In this document: piece by piece, positions 9,891 through 21,123 of the stretch
Numbering within the stretch: the stretch's first letter is position 1
Layout: every line of letters starts with the position of its first letter
Source: Chiloscyllium plagiosum
Lineage: Eukaryota
Direction of reading: 5' to 3'
Assembly (NCBI RefSeq): GCF_004010195.1
Contig: NC_057719.1
Span: 92,622,037-92,644,019 of the forward strand
Length of the DNA: 21,983 bases
Position numbers and translations under genes: made by a program
The notes under the pieces: model-generated
The model's database searches: none
Told to the model about the DNA's origin: nothing
The model's input: the letters and a program-made list of their open reading frames with translations, nothing else

Positions 9891-10185
9891 GGGTGGCACG
9901 GTGGCTCAGTGGTTATCACTGCTGCCTCACAGTACCAGGGTCCCAGGTTCGATTCCAGCGTTGGGCGACTGTCTGTGTGGAGTTTGCATATTCTCCCCAT
10001 GTCTGGGTGCTCCAGTTTCCTCACACATTTTAAAAATGTGCGCGTTAGGTGAATTGGTCATGCTCAATTGCCTATAGTGTTAGGTGCATTAGTCAGAGGG
10101 GGATGGGTTACTCTTCGGAGGGTCCGTGTGGACTGTTGGGCCGAAGGGCCTGTTTCCACACTGTAGAGAATTTAATCTATTCTAA
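9891..10185 (+). mobile_element. HE1-like V-SINE
   Basis: GGGTGGCACGGTGGCTCAGTGGTT head, B-box GGTTCGATTCC, and the same tail as 7088-7393. Confidence 0.92.
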
Positions 10186-10397
10186 TGTAAAAAATCAGAT
10201 CACTGTTGGTAAACATGCTATAAGATTGTCCTCAACCAGCATCCGATTAACAATAACCTGCTCATTTACACTTAAGTCTACCCTTGCAAAGGCCGCTCAA
10301 CTTCCTGTCAACACAACAGTTTAAGTTCAATCTTGGGACAAAATATCTGAATTTCGGAAATAATATGTAAGTGGCTGCTAGCAAAATCAAGATGTGG

Positions 10398-11700
10398 AGG
10401 AAGATGTTTGTAGTAGTTAGATTTCATTAATCTCAGATACAAGATATCCCAGGATTGTGTCTTGGATGCAGCCATCAGAAAATTATGGAATTAAAACTGT
10501 GTGCTAGGAGGCCATTTGGCCCATTGTATCTACCACAACCCGCTGAAGGCAATCTCATCCCGCTGACCATGCATTTCTCATGGCCAATCCGGCTAAACTG
10601 CACATCTGTGTACTGTGGACAGAATCTGGAACACCCACAGGAAACCCAAACAAACTGTACAAATTCTGCACAGGCATTCGCCTCAGCCTGGGAGCGGCCC
10701 TAGATCCCTGGCATTTTGCAGTAGCAGTGTTAGCTAGTAAGCCACCATGCCACCTCCTCTTCAGCTGTTTTATCAATGATCTGCCATCATCTCAAGATGA
10801 AAAGTGAACATTTTCGCTAATGTTTGCAAAATGTTCATCACCATATGTTCCTCCTCATACACTGAAACAACTGTTGTCAAAGTGCAGCTAGTCCTGGATA
10901 ATATCCAGGCTCGGGGTTAAACGTATACGTGATATTTGTATTGTTCAATTGTCAACCTATATCCATACCTAAAAAGGCAAGATAAAATTATTTCCCCTCC
11001 ACATTCAATGGCACTATTCTTACTGAATCACCCATTATCAATATTCTGGCAGTTAGCAGCAAACGAAACATGAGTTAGAAGAGCTATGTAAATGCTGTAA
11101 AGAAAATAGCAGATGTGGGGCTAGGAATAGTGCAGCAAGTGACTCACCTCGAGACACTTCAACGTCTTTCCTGATGCCGAAGGCACCATTCAAGTGAGTG
11201 ATGGAATATTCCTTACTTACCTGTATGGACGCAGCAACAACTAAGCTGAAAAACATCAACATCATCCAGAAGAATGCAGCCTACTTGATTGGCAACACAA
11301 CCAAAGAAACACTTCCTTCATTACCAAAGCTCTCTATTAGAATGATGGACCATATAAAAGACGAGCCACACATGCCACTTTTCAAACCAGCATCTCTACT
11401 ATCCAGATGAAAAGGGTAGGAGAAATATGGCAGCGACACCACCTGAAATTGCTGCTCATTACCTTGACTGAAGAACAAACGTTTTGTCGCTCCTTCAGTG
11501 GCACTGGGTGGAAATCCTTAAAATCACCTCCTTTCCCCATATCCCTCCCCACTGCCGCCATAACCATTATGGCAATGTGTGTATAACCTCCCTGGTTGGA
11601 CTGCTGCAGTTCGAGCCGTCACTACCGTCACCTTCTCACGTTCTTCTTGGCATAAGACCTAATTGCTGACCTAGCTGGACATGTTTAAACCCCATTAAAG
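10398..11700 (+). mobile_element. CR1/L2-group LINE of a second family (RT C-terminal half and 3' end), interrupted by a SINE
   Basis: Translations: RKMFVVV, a PQGSVLG-like remnant, FSCFINDLPS, MEYSLLTCMDAATTKLKNINIIQKNAAYLIG. Many frameshifts. Confidence 0.8.
10482..10754 (-). mobile_element. HE1-like V-SINE (diverged), nested in the LINE
   Basis: The reverse complement starts GGTGGCATGGTGGCTTACTAGCTAACACTGCT. V-domain remnant and GGGCCAAATGGCCTCC tail are present. Confidence 0.8.
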
Positions 11701-11789
11701 GATATTGAGAAGATAATACAAGAGCGATGATTCCTTGCTTTTAAAAACAAATGCTTTCATAAACTTTCGGATTGCTGGACAGTCCAGCA

Positions 11790-12105
11790 ATTTTTGTTTG
11801 TCCACGTTATCCTTGAATCGAGTCACGCTGTAGGCCATTTCAGAGTTTATAATCACTGTCTTTGTTGCATGGTTGAAGTGACATGTAGGTCACATAGGGA
11901 GTGCAGGTTTCCTTTCTGAAAGGACATTCGTATACGACAAAAGATAGTTTCAATCTTATTTGACATCAGGTATGGATATTATATTATAATATGTTCATGT
12001 CATTCCACAAGCAGCAGGGTGGCACAGTAGGATTGGAGGGAATCCATGACCCAAAGGTCGATGGGTCAAAGCAAACGTCTGCTATTTGTATTGCTCCGCC
12101 CATGG
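11790..12105 (-). mobile_element. Degenerate tRNA-derived DeuSINE-like (SacSINE1-type) repeat
   Basis: TAGGCCATTTCAGAG...GTGACATGTAGGTCA...AGGTTTCCTTTCTGAAAGGACATT resembles the reverse strand of the Deu domain as I recall it. Confidence 0.5.
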
Positions 12106-12133
12106 GCGTGGCATCGTACAGTGAAAGTCAAAG

Positions 12134-12877
12134 TGTTATGACACTGTTGGAATCTCTTCTCCTAATTAAACAAAACACCCAGTAAAGCTCACCTCACCTC
12201 GTAATCTGTTAAAGTATGCATGACAGAGAACTCCCAATTCCACTATTTAAAGAAAAAAAAATCAATTTTGTTCTTTAACTCTAAAAGTGAACATTAAACA
12301 ACAACTATTTGCAACTACAGGCCTCCTTTCTCTTAACTGTTTGTTATCAGACTCCAAATCTATTAAAAAAATTGTTCGAATAAAAGCTCCGATTAAAATT
12401 ACATTAACTTAATTTCAAAACCATCTAGGGGCTCTCATCATCAGCGTCTGTCTTCATTCAGCTGCAGATCTCCTTGGATCATCTTCAGTCTTTCATATGG
12501 AAGAGGTGTTTTGAATGGCAGTTATTCTCTCAAGATGACAGTGACTCGCACTAGCTAACTACCAAAATGTTTGATTCTTTATACACGTACTACCAGATCG
12601 TCTCATTGGTTCAGTATGGGCAAAAACAATTAATTCAAATTCGATTGGTTTTCATATCCTGGGACATAGTTTTAACTGATTGGGTTAATATGAAGTGTTG
12701 TGAAAACAGCAACCAAAACGCAGGTCCTTGTTTCACAGCCATATGTTTCATAATTTCAATTCTCCAGTACATACAGCGACAGCTAATCTGTCACATGACG
12801 GGTATCTGCAAGCTCTCAGTGCAAAACAGCTTTCACTCTCTCTTAAAGGGACAGTACACGCTGTCCACTTCATAACA
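12134..12877 (-). repeat. 3' LTR (744 bp)
   Basis: 8-bp terminal inverted repeats TGTTATGA/TCATAACA; colinear with 13792-14539. PPT AAAGGGCAAGG (minus strand, 12878-12888) abuts it. Confidence 0.9.
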
Positions 12878-12924
12878 CCTTGCCCTTTAAAATAAAATTA
12901 ACCATCATCATGAAGCTATCTTCT

Positions 12925-13587
12925 GAGTCAATTTTTCAAATGAAATATAGAAGGCTTCAACACACCTTTCTCATCAAAATGTGGCAGTGTTTAACATATT
13001 TGTATATATCATTATCTTGTCTCTTCATCGCTATCCTGTTACCTTGACTTTCCTAGGTAAAAACAATGACTGCAGATGCTGGAAACCAGATTCTGGATCA
13101 GTGGTGCTGGAAGAGCACAGCTTTAACATATTTGTATATATCATTATCTTGTCTCTTCATCGCTATCCTGTTACCTTGGCTTTCCTGACTAACTCACAAC
13201 TTCTGGAGTTCAAATTCTCTCTGCGTTTCTCTTTCACTTTCATCTCCTTCTCCTTCTCTTTGCTAAGCTAAGAACCTTCTGTCTCTATCTTTTTCCACTC
13301 TCTCTCTCTTTCTACTCTCTCTCTTTCTCCTTTTCTCTCTTTTCTTTACCTTTTAACTCCATTTTCCCCAATTGTCAACCGACTGCACTTGTCTGTTTCT
13401 CTGACACACCTAAGAGCTTTACTAACTCCCTTGCAAGTTCATCTTTACTGTTGTCCTTGGATAAACACAATTCTACCGTCTTTGCTAATTCTAAAATTGT
13501 GGCCTTTTCCTGTTCTTCTAAACTTTCTTGGCAAATTTTGAAATCATCTCCGAGTCCCAGGACCTCTTTAGCAATTTTAAGAGCCGT
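12925..13587 (-). pseudogene. Gag N-terminal remnant of a Gmr1-like Gypsy element
   Basis: Probable mutated start ACG at 13587, then ALKIAKEVLGLGDDFKICQESLEEQEKATILELAK, an E/K/R-rich coiled coil, REFELQKL, and IYKYVK/LPHFDEKG/EAFYISFEKL. Stops and frameshifts are present. Confidence 0.75.
13055..13121. mobile_element. 67-bp Penelope-like terminal fragment inserted in gag, flanked by a 65-bp direct duplication
   Basis: Insert GTAAAAACAATGACTGCAGATGCTGGAAACCAGATTCTGGATCAGTGGTGCTGGAAGAGCACAGC. Flanks 12990-13054 and 13122-13186 are identical except for one base. Confidence 0.8.
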
Positions 13588-13769
13588 TTCTCACACTTTT
13601 ACTTCAACGAACCATATGTAACTGAAATTAAACAAATTGTCTCACCTACGTTTCATTTAAATATATAAGACACTATTTGGCAAGTGTTGAAATCTACTTG
13701 GATCTTTTGTTCTCCAAATCTGTTTAAACCTGTCCAAATCTCGGATTTGGTCTGTCTAAACCTGTGCAA

Positions 13770-13788
13770 ATCACGGACCAAGCCCCCA
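13770..13788 (-). promoter_or_regulatory. Primer-binding site, tRNA-Pro type
   Basis: Minus strand TGGGGGCTTGGTCCGTGAT, 3 nt from the LTR end, compared with canonical PBS-Pro TGGGGGCTCGTCCGGGAT. Confidence 0.85.
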
Positions 13789-13791
13789 TAC

Positions 13792-14539
13792 TGTTATGAC
13801 ACAACGGTAAATACTTTTGTTAATTAAACTAAACACCACGCAAAGCTCACCTCGCTTCGTAATCTGTATGAGTGACAGAGAATTCCCAAATGCCAGTATC
13901 TAAAGAAAAAAATGTTGATTTATTATTTTACTTTAAGGTGAATGTTAAACAGCAACTATTTACAACTCTAAGTCCTCTTTCTCTTGAAGGTTTGATATCT
14001 GCCCCCAACGTTTCCAATAGAAAACCGTATTAAAATTACATCAACTTAATTTTCAAAACAACCCAGAGGCTGTCATTGTCGGATCAGTCTTCTTTCAGAT
14101 GAAGATCTCCCTGGATGATCTTTGGGTTTTTACTGCAAAGGTGTTTCATATGAAAAAGGTCCCTTTAATAGAGAGAATTTTGAATGGCAGTCGCCCAAAA
14201 GATGGCAGTTACTCTCAATGGCGAATTTTCAAAACGTCCGTTTCTTTATTTCCATAACATCGGCTCATCTCATTCATTCGTGGTTGGCAAAGACAATAAC
14301 TTCAAATTTGATTAGGTTTTAGTATCCTGGGGCCTAATTTAAACTGATTGGTTAAATTCGAACTGATGTGAAAACAGCAACGAAAACTCAGAATTTGTTT
14401 CACAGCCAAGTGTTCAATTTTCAATTTTCTACCGCACTCTGAGACTGCAGTCAGTCACATGACATGTGCCTGAAAATTCTCAGCGTAAAACAGCTTTCAC
14501 TCTCTCTGAGGTACAGTACACATCTTCAACTTCATAACA
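13792..14539 (-). repeat. 5' LTR (748 bp)
   Basis: TGTTATGA...TCATAACA termini; directly upstream of the PBS on the minus strand. Confidence 0.9.
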
Positions 14540-14574
14540 TGCCAAGCCTGCACTAACTGATGCCACCTTCCTTC

Positions 14575-17500
14575 AATCTTATCTACATAATTTCCAATGC
14601 CTGCACATCCTTCTTGTAGTGAGATGATTAGAAATGCATGTACCAGTCCAAATGTGGCATTGCTAATGTTGTTTACTGCTGAAACATATCTTGATTTATT
14701 TATATTCTATGCCCAGAAGATTAGGGTCATGCCATACACGGTCTTGACTACATTGTGTTGTCACTTTCAGGTGACTGTGGTTCTGCAAACCTAGGTCCTT
14801 CTGTAGGTTATGCCATTTACTTCTCCCCATGATTTTCCAAAATTTGCCATCTATCATTTGCTCTGATTAAATTCCATCTGTCATTTCACTATGTAACGCT
14901 GCAAACAATCTATTTGCTGATGTATCCACTGGACAGTCCTCCTCACTACCTGCAGCTCTCCCAAACTTTATGTCATCGCCAAACTTTCTAATCAGAGCAC
15001 TTATTATCTTTCAAATCATACATTTGCATTGCAAATGACAGAGGTCACGATCCCTGTCGTACGCAAGTTTTCACCAATCTTCAGTCAGAAAAATGTCAAT
15101 CATTAATGTCTGTCTTCTTTGACCAAGCCAGTTTTATATCTGTCTTATGAGCTGACAGCACATCCCATGTGACTTCACGTTCTCCATTAGCCTTCCATGA
15201 GGAACCTTGTCAATGGCCGACATGAATTCTATGCCGAAATATCCACTGCTTTGTCCTTATCATTCATCTTTGTCACTTCAAAAACAAAACTCAATCACAT
15301 TTGCAATACAAGGCCACCGTGGCATAAAGTCATGCTGCCTATCACTAATAAAAGCATGCTTTTCAAAATGTGAATAAAATCTCTCCCTGATAATCATCTC
15401 CAATAATTTCCCCAACATTGACATGGGGTTCACCGGCCTGTGAATACTTGTATTATCCCGGTTCCCCTTCTTAAAAATAAGAACAACGTTTGCTTTTCTC
15501 TTGTCCTCTGCTTTCTTGCCTGTGACTAACCAGGGCACAAAGGTGGCGTAAAATCCCAAGCAAATTCGTCGCTCACCTTCCTCGGTCTTCTGGGATAGAT
15601 TGCATCAGGTTCTGGGGCTTGTTTACCGTAATGCTTTTCAAAGCTCTTGACATATTCTCCTTTTATATCGACATGTCCGGGAATATTAATATATTTCTCC
15701 TTAGACTCAGCATGTAACATGTCCTTCTCCTTTGTGAGTTATTTGTTAAGGACCGCATTCACATCCTCCAGCTCCACGATTAAATTTCAACTCTCGTCCT
15801 TGAGTGCACCTATGCTTTGAAAAGTCTTGGGATTTTCCTTAATCATGTTTGCTAAGGCCATTTCTTGGGCCACTTTAGCTCTCCTAACTCCTTGTTTAAG
15901 TTCTTTCTCATGTTCGTTATCATCATCAAAGGCTCTGTTTGTCTTCAGTTTCCTAAACCTGTGCTTCTTTTCTTTTTCTCACTAAGTTGACAATTTCTCA
16001 CGTCATTCAGGTTTCCTGAGTCTTTCCATCCTTATCCTTTACTTTTGCAGGAACATGTTGATATGGAGCTTTAATCAATTGGCGTTTTAATTTTTTTCAC
16101 ATAGCAGATACCCATTCACCTTCAAACATCCATCCCCAACCTACGTTACCCAGTTCCTGACTGATGTTTGTTGTAAATAGCTTTCCACAGTGTTTTTTTT
16201 TTGTTCCACGCAAGGATTACTGTTATCGTGACCCAGAAGTAACTTAAAGCTGATGAAATGATGGTCACTGTTCCCAAAATGGTCCCCCACTGAAGTGTCG
16301 ATCATCCGGCTTGGCTCATTCCTCAGTACCAGATTTAGAATGGGTCCTTCCCGAGCGGGACTTTTGCATACTGCTTTGAGAACCCTCCTGGACGAACTGA
16401 ACAAATCCTTCCTATAAGTGAGTCCAGGCCAATTCATGGGAAGTTCAAATCTCCAATCGCAACAATACTGTTATTTTCACTTTCCCATTGTCTCTTGTTC
16501 GCGGTTGAGAGGCCCTCCGTACTGATTGCACGTGGCCTAGTCCAGTGTCCAATTCATATGGCCTCGCTGGAGTAGTCTTCCAAATAGTCCTTCCTCAATC
16601 CAGCTGGGATATTCTTCCTTGTTAGCAAGTCAATTCCCCCACCACTTTTATACGCATCGCCATCTCGCCTGAAAAAAAATCAAAAACCTGCAGCATGAAG
16701 CTGGCTTATACCTATCGCAACTAAATCAGTAATGAGGGCAATATCACAATTATTGGCACTAGTCCAAGTTCGAAGTTCATATGTTCTTCCAGTCAACAAC
16801 CTGGCATTGAAGCAAATGCATCTTGGACCACCAGTCCCATCGTGTTCAGTAATGTCATCCTATCAATCCTTCCTTTTAGAGTTACTGGCTTTCGTCTCTA
16901 CGTCCTCTTTGGCCATTTCACTTTATGAGCACTGCTCTGATTTTCACCCCGAAACACCACTTTAAATCCTAATGAGTGTCGCTGGCAAAGTCCTTTCTGG
17001 GTTATAAATGCAACTAATTCTTCTTGCAACTCATCCAGTACTAGAAGTGATCGATATTGGAAACCATATCTCCAACACCAACCGTTTAATCCATATTTAA
17101 CTGCATTATCTTCTTATTCCAAGCCTCACTGACACGGGACAAAGAATGCATTCCAGAGTTGCAAACCGAGTGCCCTGATTTTCAATTTATTACATAACTC
17201 CCTGAACTCCTTTGCAGGATCTTGTCATTCTTCCTGACTATGTTGTTCATACCAATGTGTCCCATGAACGACGGCTGCTTGGCTTCTGATCTGAGAAAAT
17301 ACTGTGCAGGGTCAAAGGCATCCTTGATCCTAATAGCAAGGAGACAACACACCAAGCTTGTGGCCGTTTTGAGGCGACAGAAACGCCAATCGGTGCCTCT
17401 TACTATTATCACTGCTCGACAGCACTTTGACTCTCCTTGTTGTACAGCGGACCCATTTGTTGAGGCAATGTACTCGCCTTTTTTGCTGTCATCTCCTGAT

Positions 17501-17800
17501 AGGCCACCATGATTAACAATATGCAAAATAATATTCTTATCATAGAGGAATATTGAGAACTCCTGCACTGACTGTCTGCGTCTTCTAGTGGTCACCCATC
17601 TTGCTACTTAGAGCTGGGGTGCGACAACATCTTGGAAACTGGCATCCATGACACTTTCCGCCTTCTGCATGCTTCGAATTGTATCTGAATGGTTCTCCAA
17701 TCTATTTCAATGGTGTGACAGGAGCTACAAGTATCCTGCAGATGTAGACATCAGGGACTGTCTCTGATATCACACATTGTGCATTGGCGATCATTTCGTG
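14575..17800 (-). mobile_element. Near full-length decayed CR1 LINE (ORF1 zinc finger/esterase, ORF2 APE endonuclease and RT), lacking a recognisable 3' end
   Basis: In minus-strand order: VPDVYICR (ORF1 zinc-finger remnant), VCCLL..RIKD...HIGMNNI (SGNH esterase), REGPILNLVL...GNSDH (APE), ANVVLIFKKGNRD...RPV...GKLLE...QHDF (RT), FGDD near 14975, and HYKKDVQALE. Confidence 0.9.
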
Positions 17801-18282
17801 CCCTGTAACCGCTCTTTAATTAAACAAAAATTTCTATTAAAATTAATTTTCAGCTAACCAGATGTTTCTCAGTGTTAAGTTTTCAGGAAAAAGCAATTAA
17901 ATACACTTTGCTTCGATAATCACTTTAGGAATTACTCTAACTTGCAGTATATGCTACTCAACCACTCACACAAATCCCCTGATTCTAAATGTTCATAGCT
18001 TAAAGCTACGAAAATGTGAACACAAATTGAAAAGTAACGACTTACCTATCAGGTGCCCTTCTGTCTCAAGTATCACTTTTGAACTTGTTATGTCACAAAG
18101 TAGTGCTCCTATGTTACTCTGTTTTCACTCTGCGTTTGGCATCGCACAGAGTGTGCTAAGTCTAGGCCTTGCTTCTGTGATATCTATCTGGAAGTTCCCA
18201 TTATTGTTGAGCCCAAGTTTCGCTCTGTTCTGAAGGCGCTGCTGCTGCTGATACACCGGCTGTGTCTCAAAAAAAGGAGTAT

Positions 18283-19447
18283 TTTTTTCGGAAGTGACGA
18301 AGATGGTTGAGGAGGATCTGGAGTGAAAGTTGTTTACAAAAACATTTGACAAGGTTCCTCATTGTAGGCTGGTTCGGACGACTAATGCACATGGAATCCA
18401 TAATGAGGCGGCAAATTGGAGATAATATTGCCTTGCTGATAAGGTGTAGAGGGTATTATTCTCGGGCTTTTTTATTTGCATGGAAGTCTGTGGTGTTATC
18501 ACGGGCAATTTGCAGATGACTTGAAATATTTGGCATTGTAGGTAGTGAGGGAACGTGCCAAAACTGGGTAGAGATCATAAGGAAATTTGGCAAGAGCAAT
18601 GGCAGATGGAATTTATATCAGGCAAGTGTGAGGTGTTACATTTTGGGGGTCATTCAAAGAGGAAAGTGTCGAGTAAGTGGCAGGATCATGAGGAGCATTG
18701 ATATACAGAAGGCACTCGAGGTGCAAGTCCATGAATCCTTGAAAGTCGTTTTACAAGAGGATAGGCTGATAAATAATGCATAAAAAATTCTTGTCAATAT
18801 CAGTTGGGGAAATTCATTTTAATCGTTTGCAAGTCATGTTGCAATTGTGTAAAACAATGGTGAGACCACATTAGGAATAAAGTGTGCAGATTTCTCACGC
18901 CACTCGAGGGTGTTTTCCGATGTTGTAAGTTCGGAGAGTCTCTACATTGTGGAAACGGGCCATTCAGCCCAGCAAGTCCACACTGACCCTTCAAAGAGTA
19001 TCCTACCAAGATTCATTCCCTCTTACTCTACCGCTGAATAATGCACTTAACCTATACATCCCTGAATACACTGGGCAACTTAGCATGTCCAATTCACCTA
19101 ACCTGCACAACTTTGGGGTGGGGGTGGGGGGGGGGGTGTGAATGCACACAGACACAGGGAGAATGCGCATTCTCGATACAGAGGCTGGAACTGAAGTGGG
19201 GTCCCTGGCGCTTTGAGGCAGCAGTGCTAACCACGGAGCCACTGTGCCACTCCGAAGTTTGCCAAGTTATTGCCTGGATTGGAGTGTATCAGCTGTAAGG
19301 AGAGGTTGGACAACTTCGGCATGTTTGCACTAAAACATCAGAGACTGAGGAGTGACCTCACAGATTTTTTATAAAATTATGAGAGACATGTATAGGATTG
19401 ATCTCGAATTTTCTTTTCCGTGGGTAAAAATATCAAACACTAGGGCC
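18283..19447 (+). mobile_element. CR1 LINE ORF2 RT fragment with internal deletions, interrupted by a SINE
   Basis: FDKVPHCRLV..AHGI, FADD (TTTGCAGATGAC), WQMEF...KCEVLHFG, VRPH, LPGLE...ERLD..GMF. Confidence 0.85.
18935..19252 (-). mobile_element. HE1-like V-SINE nested in the CR1
   Basis: The reverse complement begins GTGGCACAGTGGCTCCGTGGTTAGCACTGCTGCCTCA and ends with the tail GGGCTGAATGGCCCGTTTCCACAATGTAG. Confidence 0.88.
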
Positions 19448-21064
19448 TTAGGATTACAAATACATGATCAGGCAGCGAAAGGAGGGCTGATTGATGGGCT
19501 AAATATATCACAGCAGTGTGCCAGCCAAAGAGATTTTGTGACGCTGTGGGTACCATGTTTATTATGCAAATGTCAGCGAGCCAGATTAATCATGTTCCAG
19601 CTTTCTGGCGTTACATTGAACCAGATAGGAAGGGTTTCAGTTGAATATGGAGTCTACTTAGGCGAGGTTATTTTGCGAGGCATAGGGTGTTTATAGAGAT
19701 CAATGACAGGAACGTTCTGTCCAAGCTGCCTGGAGTGCAAGTTGCAGAGGTGTAAGGTGTATGATGCCAGATGATTAGGAGGTAATGTGTCAAGAACCTA
19801 ATGTGGCAGCTGTGTAGACGGGTGACTGGGTAAGGTGTCAGGTGACAATTGGATCGGGTGTCTGTTGAATTATGTGCCAACCCATACTGTGGTCAAATAA
19901 GTGATGCTGTGTTTTGACCATGTGTCGGTGTGGGTATGGCCTGATCTGACAGGGTGGGTATCAGGTATAGGATTTTCATGGCTAGCTGCGAGTTGTTTAA
20001 TCAGTATTTGATCAGGTAAGATTTGGCCAGGCCGGAGCACTTCTCTTTCAGATTGTTATCCGGACACGCTTGTAATGTCAGGCTGTATCCAGCACGAATG
20101 TATATTGTCTAATCACATTTGTTGCAGGCTGTCAGATTGGGCCTTGTCCAAGCAGGAACAGGTATACTGCAATCAGACCAACATCAGGGGTAGTGACTGA
20201 GCTGTTGAGTCAGGCCAGGTCCATTGCAGGTGGGGGGAGGAATTTAGTGAAGGGAGGGTGTCAGTTTAGGTTGTAAAGGCTTTGTGAGATCTGAGGCTGT
20301 GCAGATGGGGAGCATGTTGTAAATATGCATTCGGTTAAATAGTTACTGTGGTGTTGGATTGTGTATTTAAAAGTCAAATTTACTTAAATAACTACTCAGC
20401 TTAATTTCAACTGAAACCTTCGATCTAAATGGAGAATTTCACAGAATTTCAGGTGCAGAGCTGTACCCAATGGAAACTGATATTCCCTGGCAATTCATTT
20501 TGCTCTACAGTGGAAATTCTGAACAGTTTCCATGTGCAACTGCCATCTAAGCTGATGAAATAATTATCTGGCTATTGAAATATTCAGAAGAAACTTTCAT
20601 TTTATCGTTATGTACATTCTAACCTTAGATCATAGTGTATCTAATTCGTTTGTAGTAAACTGGGAAATAGTCAATGTCTTAGGAAAGAATGTTAAATGGA
20701 TAGTTTTGACTTATATAAAAAAACTAACTTGTCAATTAAGAACATCTCGAAAACAGAGTCAGAGGTAGAAAAAATGAGTCAGCGTGAAATCTGCAGATAG
20801 TGATAACTCACAAAAGGCTAAAGTTGTTGAACGAATGAAAACAGGGTGGAGAAAAAGGAAATGTTGGCAGATGTTGGAATGGGAGTGAGCAATAGAAGAA
20901 TGGTGTCAAGGGCATTATTGTGATGGCCAGTTTAGCTATGTCGTCTGCAATGAAGAGATGTATGGACTAGACAGTTCGCGTTTTTGTCACTCATTTAGTT
21001 AGTGGACTTCAAAGAATGAGTGAGACACAGGAATCATTGCTGGAGTGAAAGGAGTAGAAGCAAG

Positions 21065-21122
21065 GCAGACAATGGCCTCTTGGAGTTATCATTAGACTAT
21101 TAACACAGAGACCCGAATACTG
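21065..21122 (+). mobile_element. tRNA-derived SINE head fragment (SacSINE1/DeuSINE-like)
   Basis: ATGGCCTCTTGGAGTTATCATTAGACTATTAACACAGAGACCC resembles the remembered head of this SINE family. It is truncated by the next insertion. Confidence 0.45.
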
Positions 21123-21123
21123 T

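Larger units (their letters stand above)
12134..14539 (-). mobile_element. Internally deleted Gypsy (Gmr1-like) LTR retrotransposon
   Basis: Two direct repeats of about 745 bp, each TGTTATGA...TCATAACA. A tRNA-Pro-like PBS lies next to the right LTR, a polypurine tract next to the left LTR, and a gag N-terminal remnant between them. No pol. Confidence 0.9.

Noticed and set aside
12990..13186. CRISPR-like repeat-spacer-repeat
   Set aside because: Vertebrate DNA, only two 65-bp repeats, no cas genes. It is explained as an insertion-associated duplication.
12981..13271. 96-aa ORF with an internally repeated hydrophobic segment
   Set aside because: It is antisense to the gag remnant, and the repeat comes from the 65-bp duplication.
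15021..15037. Palindrome CATTTGCA-T-TGCAAATG containing an octamer
   Set aside because: It lies inside decayed CR1 RT sequence and is plausibly chance.
18040..18047. Consensus minus-strand splice donor AG|GTAAGT
   Set aside because: No associated coding exon was found. It may belong to the CR1 5' UTR or be chance.
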